IMG/VR virus record: IMGVR_UViG_3300010150_000027
Coordinates: 1 to 51,169 of that record
Strand: one strand, 5' to 3'
Length of the DNA: 51,169 bases
Origin: a virus
Lineage: Duplodnaviria > Caudoviricetes
Part shown: piece after piece, positions 18,601 to 27,467 of the stretch
How the letters are laid out: the number at the start of each line of letters is the position of its first letter
Position numbering within the stretch: the stretch's first letter is position 1
Program-made: the position numbers and the translations under genes
Notes under the pieces: model-generated
What the model was told of the DNA's origin: nothing
Seen by the model: only the letters and a program-made list of their open reading frames with translations
The model's database searches: none

Positions 18601-21600
18601 GTTTACCTGTCCAACAAAAATATAATTCTTGGGTATCATCCGAACCTTCTAAATCTGCTTGTATTAAACCTGTTCCCCTATCTGAAAAATTAGTAGTATC
18701 TTCTACGGGTATTCCGGCATCACCAATAAACAAACCCTCATCTGCAAATGTCACATCAGATAACAACCTTCTAGTATTAGGGTGTTCTTGATAGGGCGTA
18801 GCCGTTGATTTGTAAGAAGAGATTGCTTCCGCATAGTAGTTATCTATCAAAGAAGGGAAACCATGTACCGTTGCTACATAATCACCTAAGTTAGTATTAC
18901 CACCGGAGATTTGACCTGTTGTGCCTTTATTTACTAAAGTATTAAGGTTAAAGAAAGGTGAAGAATCTATAACTAAAAATGACCCCGCCTTATCTTCCCA
19001 ATCGTGATATTTGGTGTCTAATTCTTTTTCTGAGGCTGCTGCGGGGGCTACCATAATATTACCTACTGCTGCGTTAGTATTTGTACCTGCGGTAACACCT
19101 TTTAAGGTAATATTGCTTGTACCACTAATAGATGCTATTTGATAAGTACCATCATAATGTAGACTATTATATACGGTAGCATAAGAACCTACTGTGTATC
19201 TTGATTCTGTAAGACCTTCTATTACTAATTGATTTGCCCCATAAGTAAAACTTGATACTTCTTCTCCTAAAGAATAATCGGGTGTCTTAGAAAACGCAGC
19301 CCCACTAACAGGCTCATTTGTCGCATCAACATTCCAAATATTTATATCTTCTCCTACCTTCAAAGATGCAAACTTATCTATATCTCCGTTAGTATCAGTT
19401 TGGTCTACATAATACAAAGAAACATCGTAGTTTTCCGATGTAGGGTATTGTAAACCAAAGTCCTTTTTTCTAAAACTACCGTCTGCATCAGCCTTACCGT
19501 TATTTCTCATGTCAGCCCAAAGCAACCAAAGATGTTTATAATCGTTTGATATGTCTAATATATCTACTTTAAAATTACCACTTAAATTGGCTACCGAAGT
19601 AGCAACATAATCTATATATTTACAGCCCACAAGATAATAATTACCACCACTAGATTGAATACCTTGATAAATAAATTGGTATCTCATGTGAGAGTTAGTA
19701 GAAAACTTACCTTTTATTTGGGCTACACCACTTGTTTTACCTGCATTAGAAAGAGTCGTATAGAGAGCAGAAGTTATTTGCACCCATTTGTAATTAGTAG
19801 TATCTATACCTGTATAATCACAAGAGCCTATTTCGGTTTCTTTTATGTTTCCATAGTGATATTGAAACCAAAGAGAGTTAGGTAAATCTCGCATCCATCT
19901 AGCGTGTAGTGTTCTGTATTTGGCTGCTGTAAATGCCGAAGGTGCGGGTGTTATTACTCCCTTATCGCTAGTCCATTCCTTTCTATCATTAAGTGTCTTA
20001 AGTCCTGTGTTGCTTGTATATGTACCAAACTCACCGCCTGTATATGTTGTTTTCGTTGTGACGCACCACATATATACGCTAGTTAAAGTATTAACATTAA
20101 AGTAATTTAAAGTTTTTTTAGTAGATGCAACAACGTGCCTACCGCTTTGTGTAGTTTCTGTCGCACTACCAATTGTTAATTTATTTACATAAAATACATC
20201 TCCCGAAGATAGTGCGGGGTCGGCATCAAAGAAAAATGTGACATATTCTGATGTTGGGTCAGTACTTTTTGGAAACTGTGAAGCCACTAATATTTGCCAA
20301 TTACCATACCCTGTTATACTATTAGGAATACTTGTATCAAAATCTACACCTGTATATTTACCTGCGTAAATTATACTTCCGTTTCCTATTTGACTAGCAC
20401 CAAAAGGTAAATCACTTTGTGAAAAACTTAGTGATGTTGTGCCTACCGGAAATACAGGATTTATACCACTTGCGTTAAAATTATTTGAACCTGTTATAGT
20501 AATATTACTACTTGTAGTATACCCATGACCCGAAGGTACTTCAATCGTAGTCCTTTTAGTACCTGTAATTAAAGTTTCGTGAAAAGTATCTACATTTATA
20601 CCTTCGTATTGTTCTTCTAAACTATTAGGGCCTTTTTCACTTTCGTTATTATACATCTGTATAGGATGGCTTGAACCTAACTGCATTCTTTGATTGGAAG
20701 TCTCTTCGTAAGAATCGTCTACATCAAAACCGATATTACTACTTAATACTTTTAGGGGTAAAGTACCTAGATTCATAATACTCTTAAAGCCCTGTGCGTC
20801 ATAAAGCCAATATTCTGTTACTGCGTTTTCGGAATCATTAATGCCTTTTTGGCCTATTTCCCAAAGAGGTACTTGTCTATCAAGAAGGCTTATATTATCG
20901 GTAGCGTTTAAATCTATACTTCTATCTCTACCCTTTTGTTTTATACTCATAGTATTTATTACACCTCTCCATACCGGCCTATCTATTCTAGGGTTTTGGC
21001 TACCAAAAACTAACAAAGACCAATCTACAGGTGTTGAAGAAGAAAAAATACTTTTAAGGTTTAATAAATAATCTTGTTTTCTCATACCTAAGTTTAGGTT
21101 TTCTGTACCCCCGCTTTCGTAGTTAGGCATATCATTTATTTCTAAATTAGCAGTCGAAAAACCATTTAAGGGATAAGTAATTTTTAAAGACTGTATAGGT
21201 GTTTCATAACTTGAGTAATCTTCTGCGTCTGTTAGATACCTAACTAAACCTACCCTATCTACCATAAGGGTTGTACTACTACTACTACCCGACTTAGGTT
21301 GTAATGTTAGTTGAAATCCATACATATTTTCTGCTGTTCTTGTTTCGTCAAACGCTGTGCCTGTAATTTTTTTCTGCCCGTTAATATATACATCATAAGT
21401 TTGTGCTGTATAATTCATAACAAAATCGAAATCTATCCATGTATCATCATTAATGACATTTTGTGCTGTATTATTACCTATGTATTCAAGCCCTAAAGCA
21501 TCATATTCTATTGTACTACCACTATCCAAATCAATAATTTTGCTTATTGCAGGGTTTCCCCCGAATCCGTTAGAAATACTACCAGTAGGAAAATCACTAG

Positions 21601-22489
21601 ACTCAAAACCTAATTCAAAAAGTAGATTTAAGTCAATTTTACCGTTGTTAGTTGTAGCACCGTTAAATGCTCTTGCTGCTATTCTTGCGGTAAAAGTATC
21701 TCCATCTAATCTACTATTCAAAGAACCTTTATAGATTAAAGTAGGTTTATTACTACTACTATTGTACGCAGAACGATATGTTTGTATAGCCAAAAAAGGT
21801 TGGCCCGATGGTGATACAACAGGCGCAAAAAGATTCTGTGGTGTAGTACTTGTGGCATCCCATGTACCGGATTCTCCTAATGTTTCTCCCATCCAAGTAC
21901 CAACTAAATGACCTCTTTGCATAAAATCTCCATCAGCAATTATTTCACCTGCTACTTTACTAGCATAATTAGTAGTACCACCGGAATTGTAAAATGATTT
22001 CATATTTGTTCTACCTAGCGTAGAATCGTTATCTCCGGTAGGGATATAGTATTTACCTAGCGTATCATAACCATTTGAAAGTAAAAGATAATCTTCACTA
22101 GATACTGTATTAAACTCATATCTATTAGCAACGTGTCCATCGGGGTATTGTAATTGCGCTCTACCTTCCCACTTTTCGGGTTTTTGTCTTGAAGTATCAT
22201 AAGACAACCACTCAAAAAGACCGTTGTTCTTAAGGTATTGGTTATCAGTAGTACTTAAAAAATTAGTACCATAAGAACCAATTCTATTTCTGTCTGCTAT
22301 ACTAAATCTATATCTAGGATTTAGTGTTGCTTCTCCATTCATAGGATTTCCAAAATGACTTGCTAATATAGAATAATCACTAGATATATTAGGGTAGTTA
22401 TTATCATCGGGTATAGCCCTAGCACTATTAAAGTCATCGTAATAGCCCGCAAGCCAAACCCCATACATACTAGATACTTTTCTTACCAT
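15656..22489 (-). CDS. giant tail-tip/baseplate-hub-like virion protein (2277 aa)
   Basis: Directly downstream of the tape measure gene. S/T/G/N-rich, with hub-like segments (PVWRGVINTMSI; GRDGRIEYRP...ITNVRVYY). Confidence 0.65.
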   Translation of the reverse strand: MVRKVSSMYGVWLAGYYDDFNSARAIPDDNNYPNISSDYSILASHFGNPMNGEATLNPRYRFSIADRNRIGSYGTNFLSTTDNQYLKNNGLFEWLSYDTSRQKPEKWEGRAQLQYPDGHVANRYEFNTVSSEDYLLLSNGYDTLGKYYIPTGDNDSTLGRTNMKSFYNSGGTTNYASKVAGEIIADGDFMQRGHLVGTWMGETLGESGTWDATSTTPQNLFAPVVSPSGQPFLAIQTYRSAYNSSSNKPTLIYKGSLNSRLDGDTFTARIAARAFNGATTNNGKIDLNLLFELGFESSDFPTGSISNGFGGNPAISKIIDLDSGSTIEYDALGLEYIGNNTAQNVINDDTWIDFDFVMNYTAQTYDVYINGQKKITGTAFDETRTAENMYGFQLTLQPKSGSSSSTTLMVDRVGLVRYLTDAEDYSSYETPIQSLKITYPLNGFSTANLEINDMPNYESGGTENLNLGMRKQDYLLNLKSIFSSSTPVDWSLLVFGSQNPRIDRPVWRGVINTMSIKQKGRDRSIDLNATDNISLLDRQVPLWEIGQKGINDSENAVTEYWLYDAQGFKSIMNLGTLPLKVLSSNIGFDVDDSYEETSNQRMQLGSSHPIQMYNNESEKGPNSLEEQYEGINVDTFHETLITGTKRTTIEVPSGHGYTTSSNITITGSNNFNASGINPVFPVGTTSLSFSQSDLPFGASQIGNGSIIYAGKYTGVDFDTSIPNSITGYGNWQILVASQFPKSTDPTSEYVTFFFDADPALSSGDVFYVNKLTIGSATETTQSGRHVVASTKKTLNYFNVNTLTSVYMWCVTTKTTYTGGEFGTYTSNTGLKTLNDRKEWTSDKGVITPAPSAFTAAKYRTLHARWMRDLPNSLWFQYHYGNIKETEIGSCDYTGIDTTNYKWVQITSALYTTLSNAGKTSGVAQIKGKFSTNSHMRYQFIYQGIQSSGGNYYLVGCKYIDYVATSVANLSGNFKVDILDISNDYKHLWLLWADMRNNGKADADGSFRKKDFGLQYPTSENYDVSLYYVDQTDTNGDIDKFASLKVGEDINIWNVDATNEPVSGAAFSKTPDYSLGEEVSSFTYGANQLVIEGLTESRYTVGSYATVYNSLHYDGTYQIASISGTSNITLKGVTAGTNTNAAVGNIMVAPAAASEKELDTKYHDWEDKAGSFLVIDSSPFFNLNTLVNKGTTGQISGGNTNLGDYVATVHGFPSLIDNYYAEAISSYKSTATPYQEHPNTRRLLSDVTFADEGLFIGDAGIPVEDTTNFSDRGTGLIQADLEGSDDTQELYFCWTGKLSTAVSNTAIEVDSSDSPSYPTPNTTLTKSGETFVTKGVTNGMVIKNTTNTTRHNILSVVDEDTIIVSGTWTSDASNTDDYTIPVQLSNVYITSATTVSDSLKDTPSELETFLWSQYVYNWVNDNSNLGVKTSIRIAGTTIDASSIAVHTTVSSAFMLRLLMNVKGDVKSENSGSFYDSDKFRLLWSAALMDSWLPKTRLSCAFDINNIPITSNMTTDGTTTNNDTYGSTVDSRTKTILSTINDIRSKSGFGSKNGLKTTFSYLVGRDGRIEYRPKYNSGLVFTRENLKISDLKTQVAGQITNVRVYYNNSQAFVDYPATNLTDTTRWKVLEYPNITSSIEAESVAKKTYNQNQETRMSITAEPILEGATENKMIDSGRFGYISDPQIALQGYGDYDSGNTNKGNSWTRLGTGGVLFSGMTNGLDGNMKTSTDIHNRHGNSAFTHTASDVAWDDNYYWYGSKSLSYALQVVHVPNFTPKISSATGESLRVFISLKTQTSTIDDCEFTIHLADYSFANDRDKAPTLAANQATSKDVKRSGFYEIDIPSGYGAVANAKIVVSFNAEYCRALLRHRCGDPDSANILKNANSIQGITLTTGNVNSIFPLGGREYSEMFGGFTVERNEWYAPRINITNDLSYIPATFVSYTDAGIGLDTATTLTIQEVSWDITASKKENVSFKLERDESLRSGGVMGYLFPTDGKTRQVGNQDSRGYVPAAPEQTTTITPPITTPSQDINQDGQKPEGGADDNGKGGADRLDFDPNQGINKISKTAYGNIKGRMSLINDNLSHNSKFSILGQQKPPKVPSILKGIEGMDVDISAASGNASVTSDGYALAGKGRVDLLNESATTTTFESTLQTEFVIPVDVIDKSILIQGEITHAAGSTLNKTAILYTTVTVQETGESVSNTCEIKTNTENRITELIPQTILTGLESGNKLTVKITRKAATGNDNSDRNSVILKNIDVKLNRATAPVRGTSNSFGVQ

Positions 22490-22498
22490 AAAATCACC

Positions 22499-25400
22499 TT
22501 AACTTGAAGAAAGGCTCATTCCTCTAGTACCTGCGCCTCTCTCTATCTCATCTAATATTTGATTTGCTACTTCGGTAGTAGTCATACCATTAAACGTATT
22601 ACTCATAATTACTTCTGTGGTAGTTATAAGGGTTTCTACTCCCTGTTGTACTACTTGTTTAACTAGATTTCCGGTTAAATTATCAGAAGAAAATCCGTAG
22701 AATAATTCTTCTCTACTGTTAGCAAAGTCATGCAAAGCATCCGAAGCATCTTGGTAGCCATCTACTAAAATACCCATAGCCTGTTTTTCAGAATTAGTTA
22801 ATATCTGTAGACCGGACTCTACACCTTCTACAAACGCATTCCAGTCCTCTAAACTTTCTATGCTTCTTGACCTAACTATTTCTGCAAATACAGCATTTTC
22901 TTCTTCAAATGCTTTTATAGTTGCTTCCCAAGTATCATTCCTTTCATCTATGAAAAACCCTTCGGGTGATTTTCCACCCGGAATTAATGCCTTTAATTGC
23001 CTTCCGGTGTCTCCTATGGTTCTTTCATAACTTTGGCCTAACGTGCGATTACCTAAACCCATGCCTTCCGCCCCATATTTATTAACGTGTTCAGTATTTT
23101 TCTCTAAAGCAGAAAAATACGCTTCCATACCTTCTTCATCAAAAACTCCTGCTTCTTTTTCCGCAAGAACAAATTGTGCTTGTTTAATATCTAAAAGAGA
23201 TTGTTCTAATCCTAATTCTCTTTCTAGTTGTTCTATTTTTGCTTTACTTACTACATCTTCAAACTTGGCTAATTTTTTTACTTCTTCTGACTTATCTGAT
23301 ATTGATGTAGTAAGACTTTCAATAGTATGTGTTTCATCTTTTATCATATCTATTAATTCGCCTGTGCTTGCTTTGTATTTATCCATAGATTCTAAATCAC
23401 TATCGAAGTTTAAATTGTCTGCATCTCCCATAATACCTAAAGCCTCTAAACCTTCTACTAATAATACAGAAGCCGCTAATAAAGCGGCATAAAACGGTAT
23501 TGCTTTTGCTACTGATGTAGCCGCAACCATAACACCTGCACCAAAGGCTTTAAGGCCGTGTCCCGCCGCCGTTGCAGCACCACCAAGAAAAATGTAAGAT
23601 TGTGCTAAACCCGCATTTGCTCTCATAGCAATAGTACTAGCAGCAGTATTTTGATGAGTAATATAAGTATCGTAGCCTATTGCATCAGTATTAATTCTTG
23701 TTGCTCTAGTATTGACAGCACTAGAAACAGTTTCTTTATCTTGGACAGCCGTTCTCATGTGCATGGCTCTCATCTGCATTACCATAGCAGCAGTATTTAG
23801 AACCATACCTATTCTCATACTTTTTTGCCCCGAACCAAACATCATAAACATAGTACCCATTATACCCATCCTAATACTTAAACGATTCATAGATGCGGCG
23901 TGTGCTGCTGCATCTGCAAGCATAGACTTTCTTTTAGTTTCTTCGTCTATTTTTACCTGTAATGTATGTGCCGATAATTTACCTGTTAATTCATCGTAAG
24001 ATATTCCCATTTGTTCTAATAATTGTATAGTAGTTTGGTCTATTGTGTGTTTATTTGTATCAGTTATGCCTAGATTATATATTGCTCTTGATTCTTCGTC
24101 TATTGTAGCAATTAGTCTTTCTCTATCTTTTATTTCCATATTTAAAAGCACACTTTCTAATTTTAGGGTATCTATATCTGCGGTGTCCATTGTTTGTTGT
24201 TCTCTAATTTGTATATCTAATTTTTGTTGTTCAATGTTTCTTTCTTTTTCAAGCGCACTAATTACTTTTTTCTTGTTTGTTAATTTTTTATTTGTTCTTA
24301 CATCTTCTATTTTGTCATCAAATGCTTTTGTGCTTTCAAGTTTCTTTCTTTTTAATTCCTCAATTGCATCTTGTTTTTGTATTAAGTCAATTCTATTTTG
24401 TATAGTGGGATTTAATTTTTGGTATTCATCTATTTCTGCTTGTATTGCTAGAACATTTTGCTTTCTCCCATCTAATTGTCCTTTTAAGGCAAAAGTTTCT
24501 TCTAGTGTTTTACTCATGTTATTTACTTCTGCGTCTGTAAGTCTTTCTAACTCTAGCGTTTGCATTGTTAAAGCATCTGTAATATCTTGGACACCTGCTT
24601 CATAGTGCATCATCTGTGCTGTGCCTCTTTGGTAAGCATCGGATTTATTACCGTAAGCATCTTGGTTAATTAATTCTTCACCTGATAAAGCCCTTACAAC
24701 AGATTGATATGTTCCCATAGCAACAGTAAGCATTTGTAAATTAATTATAGTATTAAACATAGGGCTTATACCACTTTGTAATATTTGACCGAAGGAAGCA
24801 AACCTACCTATTACATCACCTATACCTTCATCACCTAAAAACATAGCAATCTCGGCATTTAAATCAGCCTGTCTATCTGTTGCTGTTGTTAAAGCAGGTA
24901 TTAGTGAATTACCAATAGCACCGGACATATTTTTAAGTCTTGCTTCTGCCTGTTCCAATTGGAATAAATCTGTTTCTCTCCTTCTGTTTATTTCCTCTAA
25001 AGCAGGAGATAATCTCATAGTCGCTTCAAACTCTAACTCTAAAGCCCTGTTATAGTTTTCGCTTAACTTTAAGAATCTAGTATAATGTCTATTACCTGCT
25101 ACTTTTTGGGCTAAAGCAGTTTTTTCGTGGTCCTCTAATTCGGGATATATTTTATTTAAATCCATCATTATTTTTGAAAGACTTCTTAAGTTATCATTTT
25201 CGTCATGTGTAGCAATACCTAATGCGTGGAATGCGTCTGCCGCACCATTTGTATTAGCACCTAACCTAGCGTATATCATACGCAAGGCTCTACCACCCTT
25301 ACCTTGTTCTTCACCGGCTTCAATAAGGACAGCAGACTGCGCCGCCATAGCCGCTATACTTTCTCCTGTAATGTGAGCCTGTGATGCGAATTGATTCATA

Positions 25401-26086
25401 ACATAAGTAATCTGTTCCATTGTAGAAGCAGACCTGTTTTCGATTGTGTTTAATTGGTCTAGTATTCTAATAGAGTTTTCTCTAATCCCATTTATTCTTT
25501 CTTGTTCAGAAGCGTTTTCTTCTATACCGTTAGTCATAAACTTAGTCTGTTGTTGTAAGTTAATCATACGTTGCATAGCCGCTTCGGTTTCCATGTTACT
25601 TATCATACCGAATTGCATACCTACTTCTGTACCTACACCCATACTACCTGCGCCTAAAACACCTGTTAATTGGGCCATCCTTGCTGCTGCTTGGAATGTT
25701 TGGTCGGCTGAAAATCCGAAATCTAAACCTATTGACTGTATTTCTTTTTGTACTTTTGCTGTATCTTCTGTCACATTAAGAAACTTTTCTAATTCTATTC
25801 TTGCTGTTTCTATCTCTCTAGCAATAGGTGTCATGCTATTCATCATACCGGCAAATTGGTCGCCTATGGCTTGACCTGCCTCTTGTACACCACTAATAGC
25901 ATCAAGCATAAGAGATTGAAAGACTACGCTTGCGGTCTTAGCGTCTTTAATTAATCTGTTTGCTTGGAACGTACCTACAACATCGAAGAAAACCCTAGAT
26001 GCACCGGCTCTTAGAACAAGTAAAGTCACGGCACATACAATAGGTATAAAACTTGTAAAATACCCTAAAAATAAACCATCTATCAT
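22499..26086 (-). CDS. tail tape measure protein
   Basis: 1195 aa, helical and Ala-rich, with a TP901-like core (GEEQGKGGRALRMIYARLG...NLRSLSKIM). Follows the tail chaperone pair. Confidence 0.9.
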   Translation of the reverse strand: MIDGLFLGYFTSFIPIVCAVTLLVLRAGASRVFFDVVGTFQANRLIKDAKTASVVFQSLMLDAISGVQEAGQAIGDQFAGMMNSMTPIAREIETARIELEKFLNVTEDTAKVQKEIQSIGLDFGFSADQTFQAAARMAQLTGVLGAGSMGVGTEVGMQFGMISNMETEAAMQRMINLQQQTKFMTNGIEENASEQERINGIRENSIRILDQLNTIENRSASTMEQITYVMNQFASQAHITGESIAAMAAQSAVLIEAGEEQGKGGRALRMIYARLGANTNGAADAFHALGIATHDENDNLRSLSKIMMDLNKIYPELEDHEKTALAQKVAGNRHYTRFLKLSENYNRALELEFEATMRLSPALEEINRRRETDLFQLEQAEARLKNMSGAIGNSLIPALTTATDRQADLNAEIAMFLGDEGIGDVIGRFASFGQILQSGISPMFNTIINLQMLTVAMGTYQSVVRALSGEELINQDAYGNKSDAYQRGTAQMMHYEAGVQDITDALTMQTLELERLTDAEVNNMSKTLEETFALKGQLDGRKQNVLAIQAEIDEYQKLNPTIQNRIDLIQKQDAIEELKRKKLESTKAFDDKIEDVRTNKKLTNKKKVISALEKERNIEQQKLDIQIREQQTMDTADIDTLKLESVLLNMEIKDRERLIATIDEESRAIYNLGITDTNKHTIDQTTIQLLEQMGISYDELTGKLSAHTLQVKIDEETKRKSMLADAAAHAASMNRLSIRMGIMGTMFMMFGSGQKSMRIGMVLNTAAMVMQMRAMHMRTAVQDKETVSSAVNTRATRINTDAIGYDTYITHQNTAASTIAMRANAGLAQSYIFLGGAATAAGHGLKAFGAGVMVAATSVAKAIPFYAALLAASVLLVEGLEALGIMGDADNLNFDSDLESMDKYKASTGELIDMIKDETHTIESLTTSISDKSEEVKKLAKFEDVVSKAKIEQLERELGLEQSLLDIKQAQFVLAEKEAGVFDEEGMEAYFSALEKNTEHVNKYGAEGMGLGNRTLGQSYERTIGDTGRQLKALIPGGKSPEGFFIDERNDTWEATIKAFEEENAVFAEIVRSRSIESLEDWNAFVEGVESGLQILTNSEKQAMGILVDGYQDASDALHDFANSREELFYGFSSDNLTGNLVKQVVQQGVETLITTTEVIMSNTFNGMTTTEVANQILDEIERGAGTRGMSLSSS

Positions 26087-26400
26087 GCTGTACTATCTCC
26101 ACTCTTACCCTTTATAGGCATTCCGCTATCCTTAATCGCTTGTAGTACATCACCACCGTCTGATAAGTATTTTCGTTGCTCTCTTCTTTGATTTCTACGG
26201 GCTACTGCACCTTTAGCATCAGTCTTAGCATCCCTAGTTGCTTCGGATATTTTATCGCTTATTTCTGCCGCTACTATCATATCTAATTGCATTTTATAAG
26301 ACCCACCTTCGCAATCATACCTATCCCATAGGTCCGAAGGTAAAACCCCCTTGTAAGCCATACATAGAGAGGGGGCTACTCTAATAAAATCTATAAAGGG
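26083..26400 (-). CDS. tail assembly chaperone extension (gpT-like), reached by -1 frameshift
   Basis: The -1 frame from CCCTTTA reads PFIDFIRVAPSLCMAYKG... without a stop into ORF 26083-26361. Confidence 0.75.
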   Translation of the reverse strand, partial: PFIDFIRVAPSLCMAYKGVLPSDLWDRYDCEGGSYKMQLDMIVAAEISDKISEATRDAKTDAKGAVARRNQRREQRKYLSDGGDVLQAIKDSGMPIKGKSGDSTA

Positions 26401-26732
26401 ACTGCACCTTCGTCTACATCACCACGAACAAACTGTAGTATTTCATTTAATTCTTCAAAAGTTAAATCGTCTAAGTCTATATTTTCATCTAAGATACAGT
26501 TTGGGACCCACGCTTCTATTTGGTCGGTCATTCCTGCACCCATGTCATCAAGCATAGCCGCAAAATCTTCATTCTGTTCATCAGTCCATTCGCTAGGTTC
26601 ACCCGCATGACGCATTTTTCTAAATGCTTGTGCTTGTAAATTAGTAATTTTGAGTTTCGCCATACCGGATGCTTGTTTGACCCATATTCTTGTTCCATCA
26701 TTTAATTCTATTTCTTTTTTTAGTACCGGCAT
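26391..26732 (-). CDS. tail assembly chaperone (gpG-like)
   Basis: Small acidic protein between tail tube and tape measure; GGAGTGA SD before ATG 26732. Confidence 0.75.
   Translation of the reverse strand: MPVLKKEIELNDGTRIWVKQASGMAKLKITNLQAQAFRKMRHAGEPSEWTDEQNEDFAAMLDDMGAGMTDQIEAWVPNCILDENIDLDDLTFEELNEILQFVRGDVDEGAVPL
26394..26400 (-). other. -1 ribosomal slippery heptamer C CCU UUA
   Basis: X XXY YYZ pattern immediately before the TAG of the chaperone gene. Confidence 0.8.
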
Positions 26733-26850
26733 TTCTATCACTCCTTCTTTTTTCTTTTGGCTGTTCCGCCTCGCTTATCAGACGGATTGTTCCATCCTCT
26801 TTAATTTCCCAAACACCTAAAGTGTTTATGAAGGTATTCCTATCATTCAT
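26698..26850 (-). CDS. small basic protein (50 aa; not in ORF track)
   Basis: MNDRNTFINTLGVWEIKEDGTIRLISE...KKRNRIK*. ATGA overlap with the upstream stop. Confidence 0.5.
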   Translation of the reverse strand: MNDRNTFINTLGVWEIKEDGTIRLISEAEQPKEKRRSDRNAGTKKRNRIK

Positions 26851-27101
26851 TCTTCTTCATCTACTTTTGGCGTAAAAGAACGGGGTAATGCTTTCATTAC
26901 TTTATCCCATCCTAAATCAATTGCTTCTTCTCTTGACAAAGTAGTGTTTGCTACTATATGCCCTTTTAGTAAACCAAGACGATAACCTGCTTTTCTATCT
27001 GCTTCGTTAGCCCACCAAAACACATCTTCGGCAGAATGTTGTCCTAGTGCTGCTGCTAATACTTCTATATCATTTGTTGCTACAAGTACTCTCATTTTCA
27101 C
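26847..27101 (-). CDS. hypothetical protein (about 84 aa)
   Basis: ORF in the tail operon with an AGGTG SD-like sequence. Confidence 0.6.
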   Translation of the reverse strand: MKMRVLVATNDIEVLAAALGQHSAEDVFWWANEADRKAGYRLGLLKGHIVANTTLSREEAIDLGWDKVMKALPRSFTPKVDEEE

Positions 27102-27104
27102 ACC

Positions 27105-27242
27105 TTACTCTTTTTTAGATTTCTTAGCAGCCTTTTTCTTTGGTGCTGCTTTCTTCTTTCTTTCAATAAGTTTTTCAACTAATCTACCATCTTTTATTTC
27201 TTTAGACCAAATGTTCCCTTCTTTATCTTCGTATGTTTCCAT
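27105..27242 (-). CDS. small Lys/Ala-rich protein (45 aa; not in ORF track)
   Basis: METYEDKEGNIWSKEIKDGRL...KKKAAPKKKAAKKSKKE*; GGTGA SD. Confidence 0.65.
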   Translation of the reverse strand: METYEDKEGNIWSKEIKDGRLVEKLIERKKKAAPKKKAAKKSKKE

Positions 27243-27258
27243 TTTACTCACCTTATGT

Positions 27259-27456
27259 TTATGCTACATCAATCCATACTACGGTCAATGTAATAAAATT
27301 ACTATCTTTCTTTCTTGAAACATCACAAGAAATTACTACGTCATCGTTGGCTATTGCAGCCCTAAATGCTGTTTGTACTTCTGCTGCTGTTCCCGTAAAA
27401 GCATTTACCTTTAGTTTGGTTTTGTCTGCGATTACTGTACCACCATTGTTAGCCAT
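27259..27456 (-). CDS. small hypothetical virion-region protein
   Basis: GAGGTGA SD; 65 aa. Confidence 0.65.
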   Translation of the reverse strand: MANNGGTVIADKTKLKVNAFTGTAAEVQTAFRAAIANDDVVISCDVSRKKDSNFITLTVVWIDVA

Positions 27457-27467
27457 AGTTATTCACC

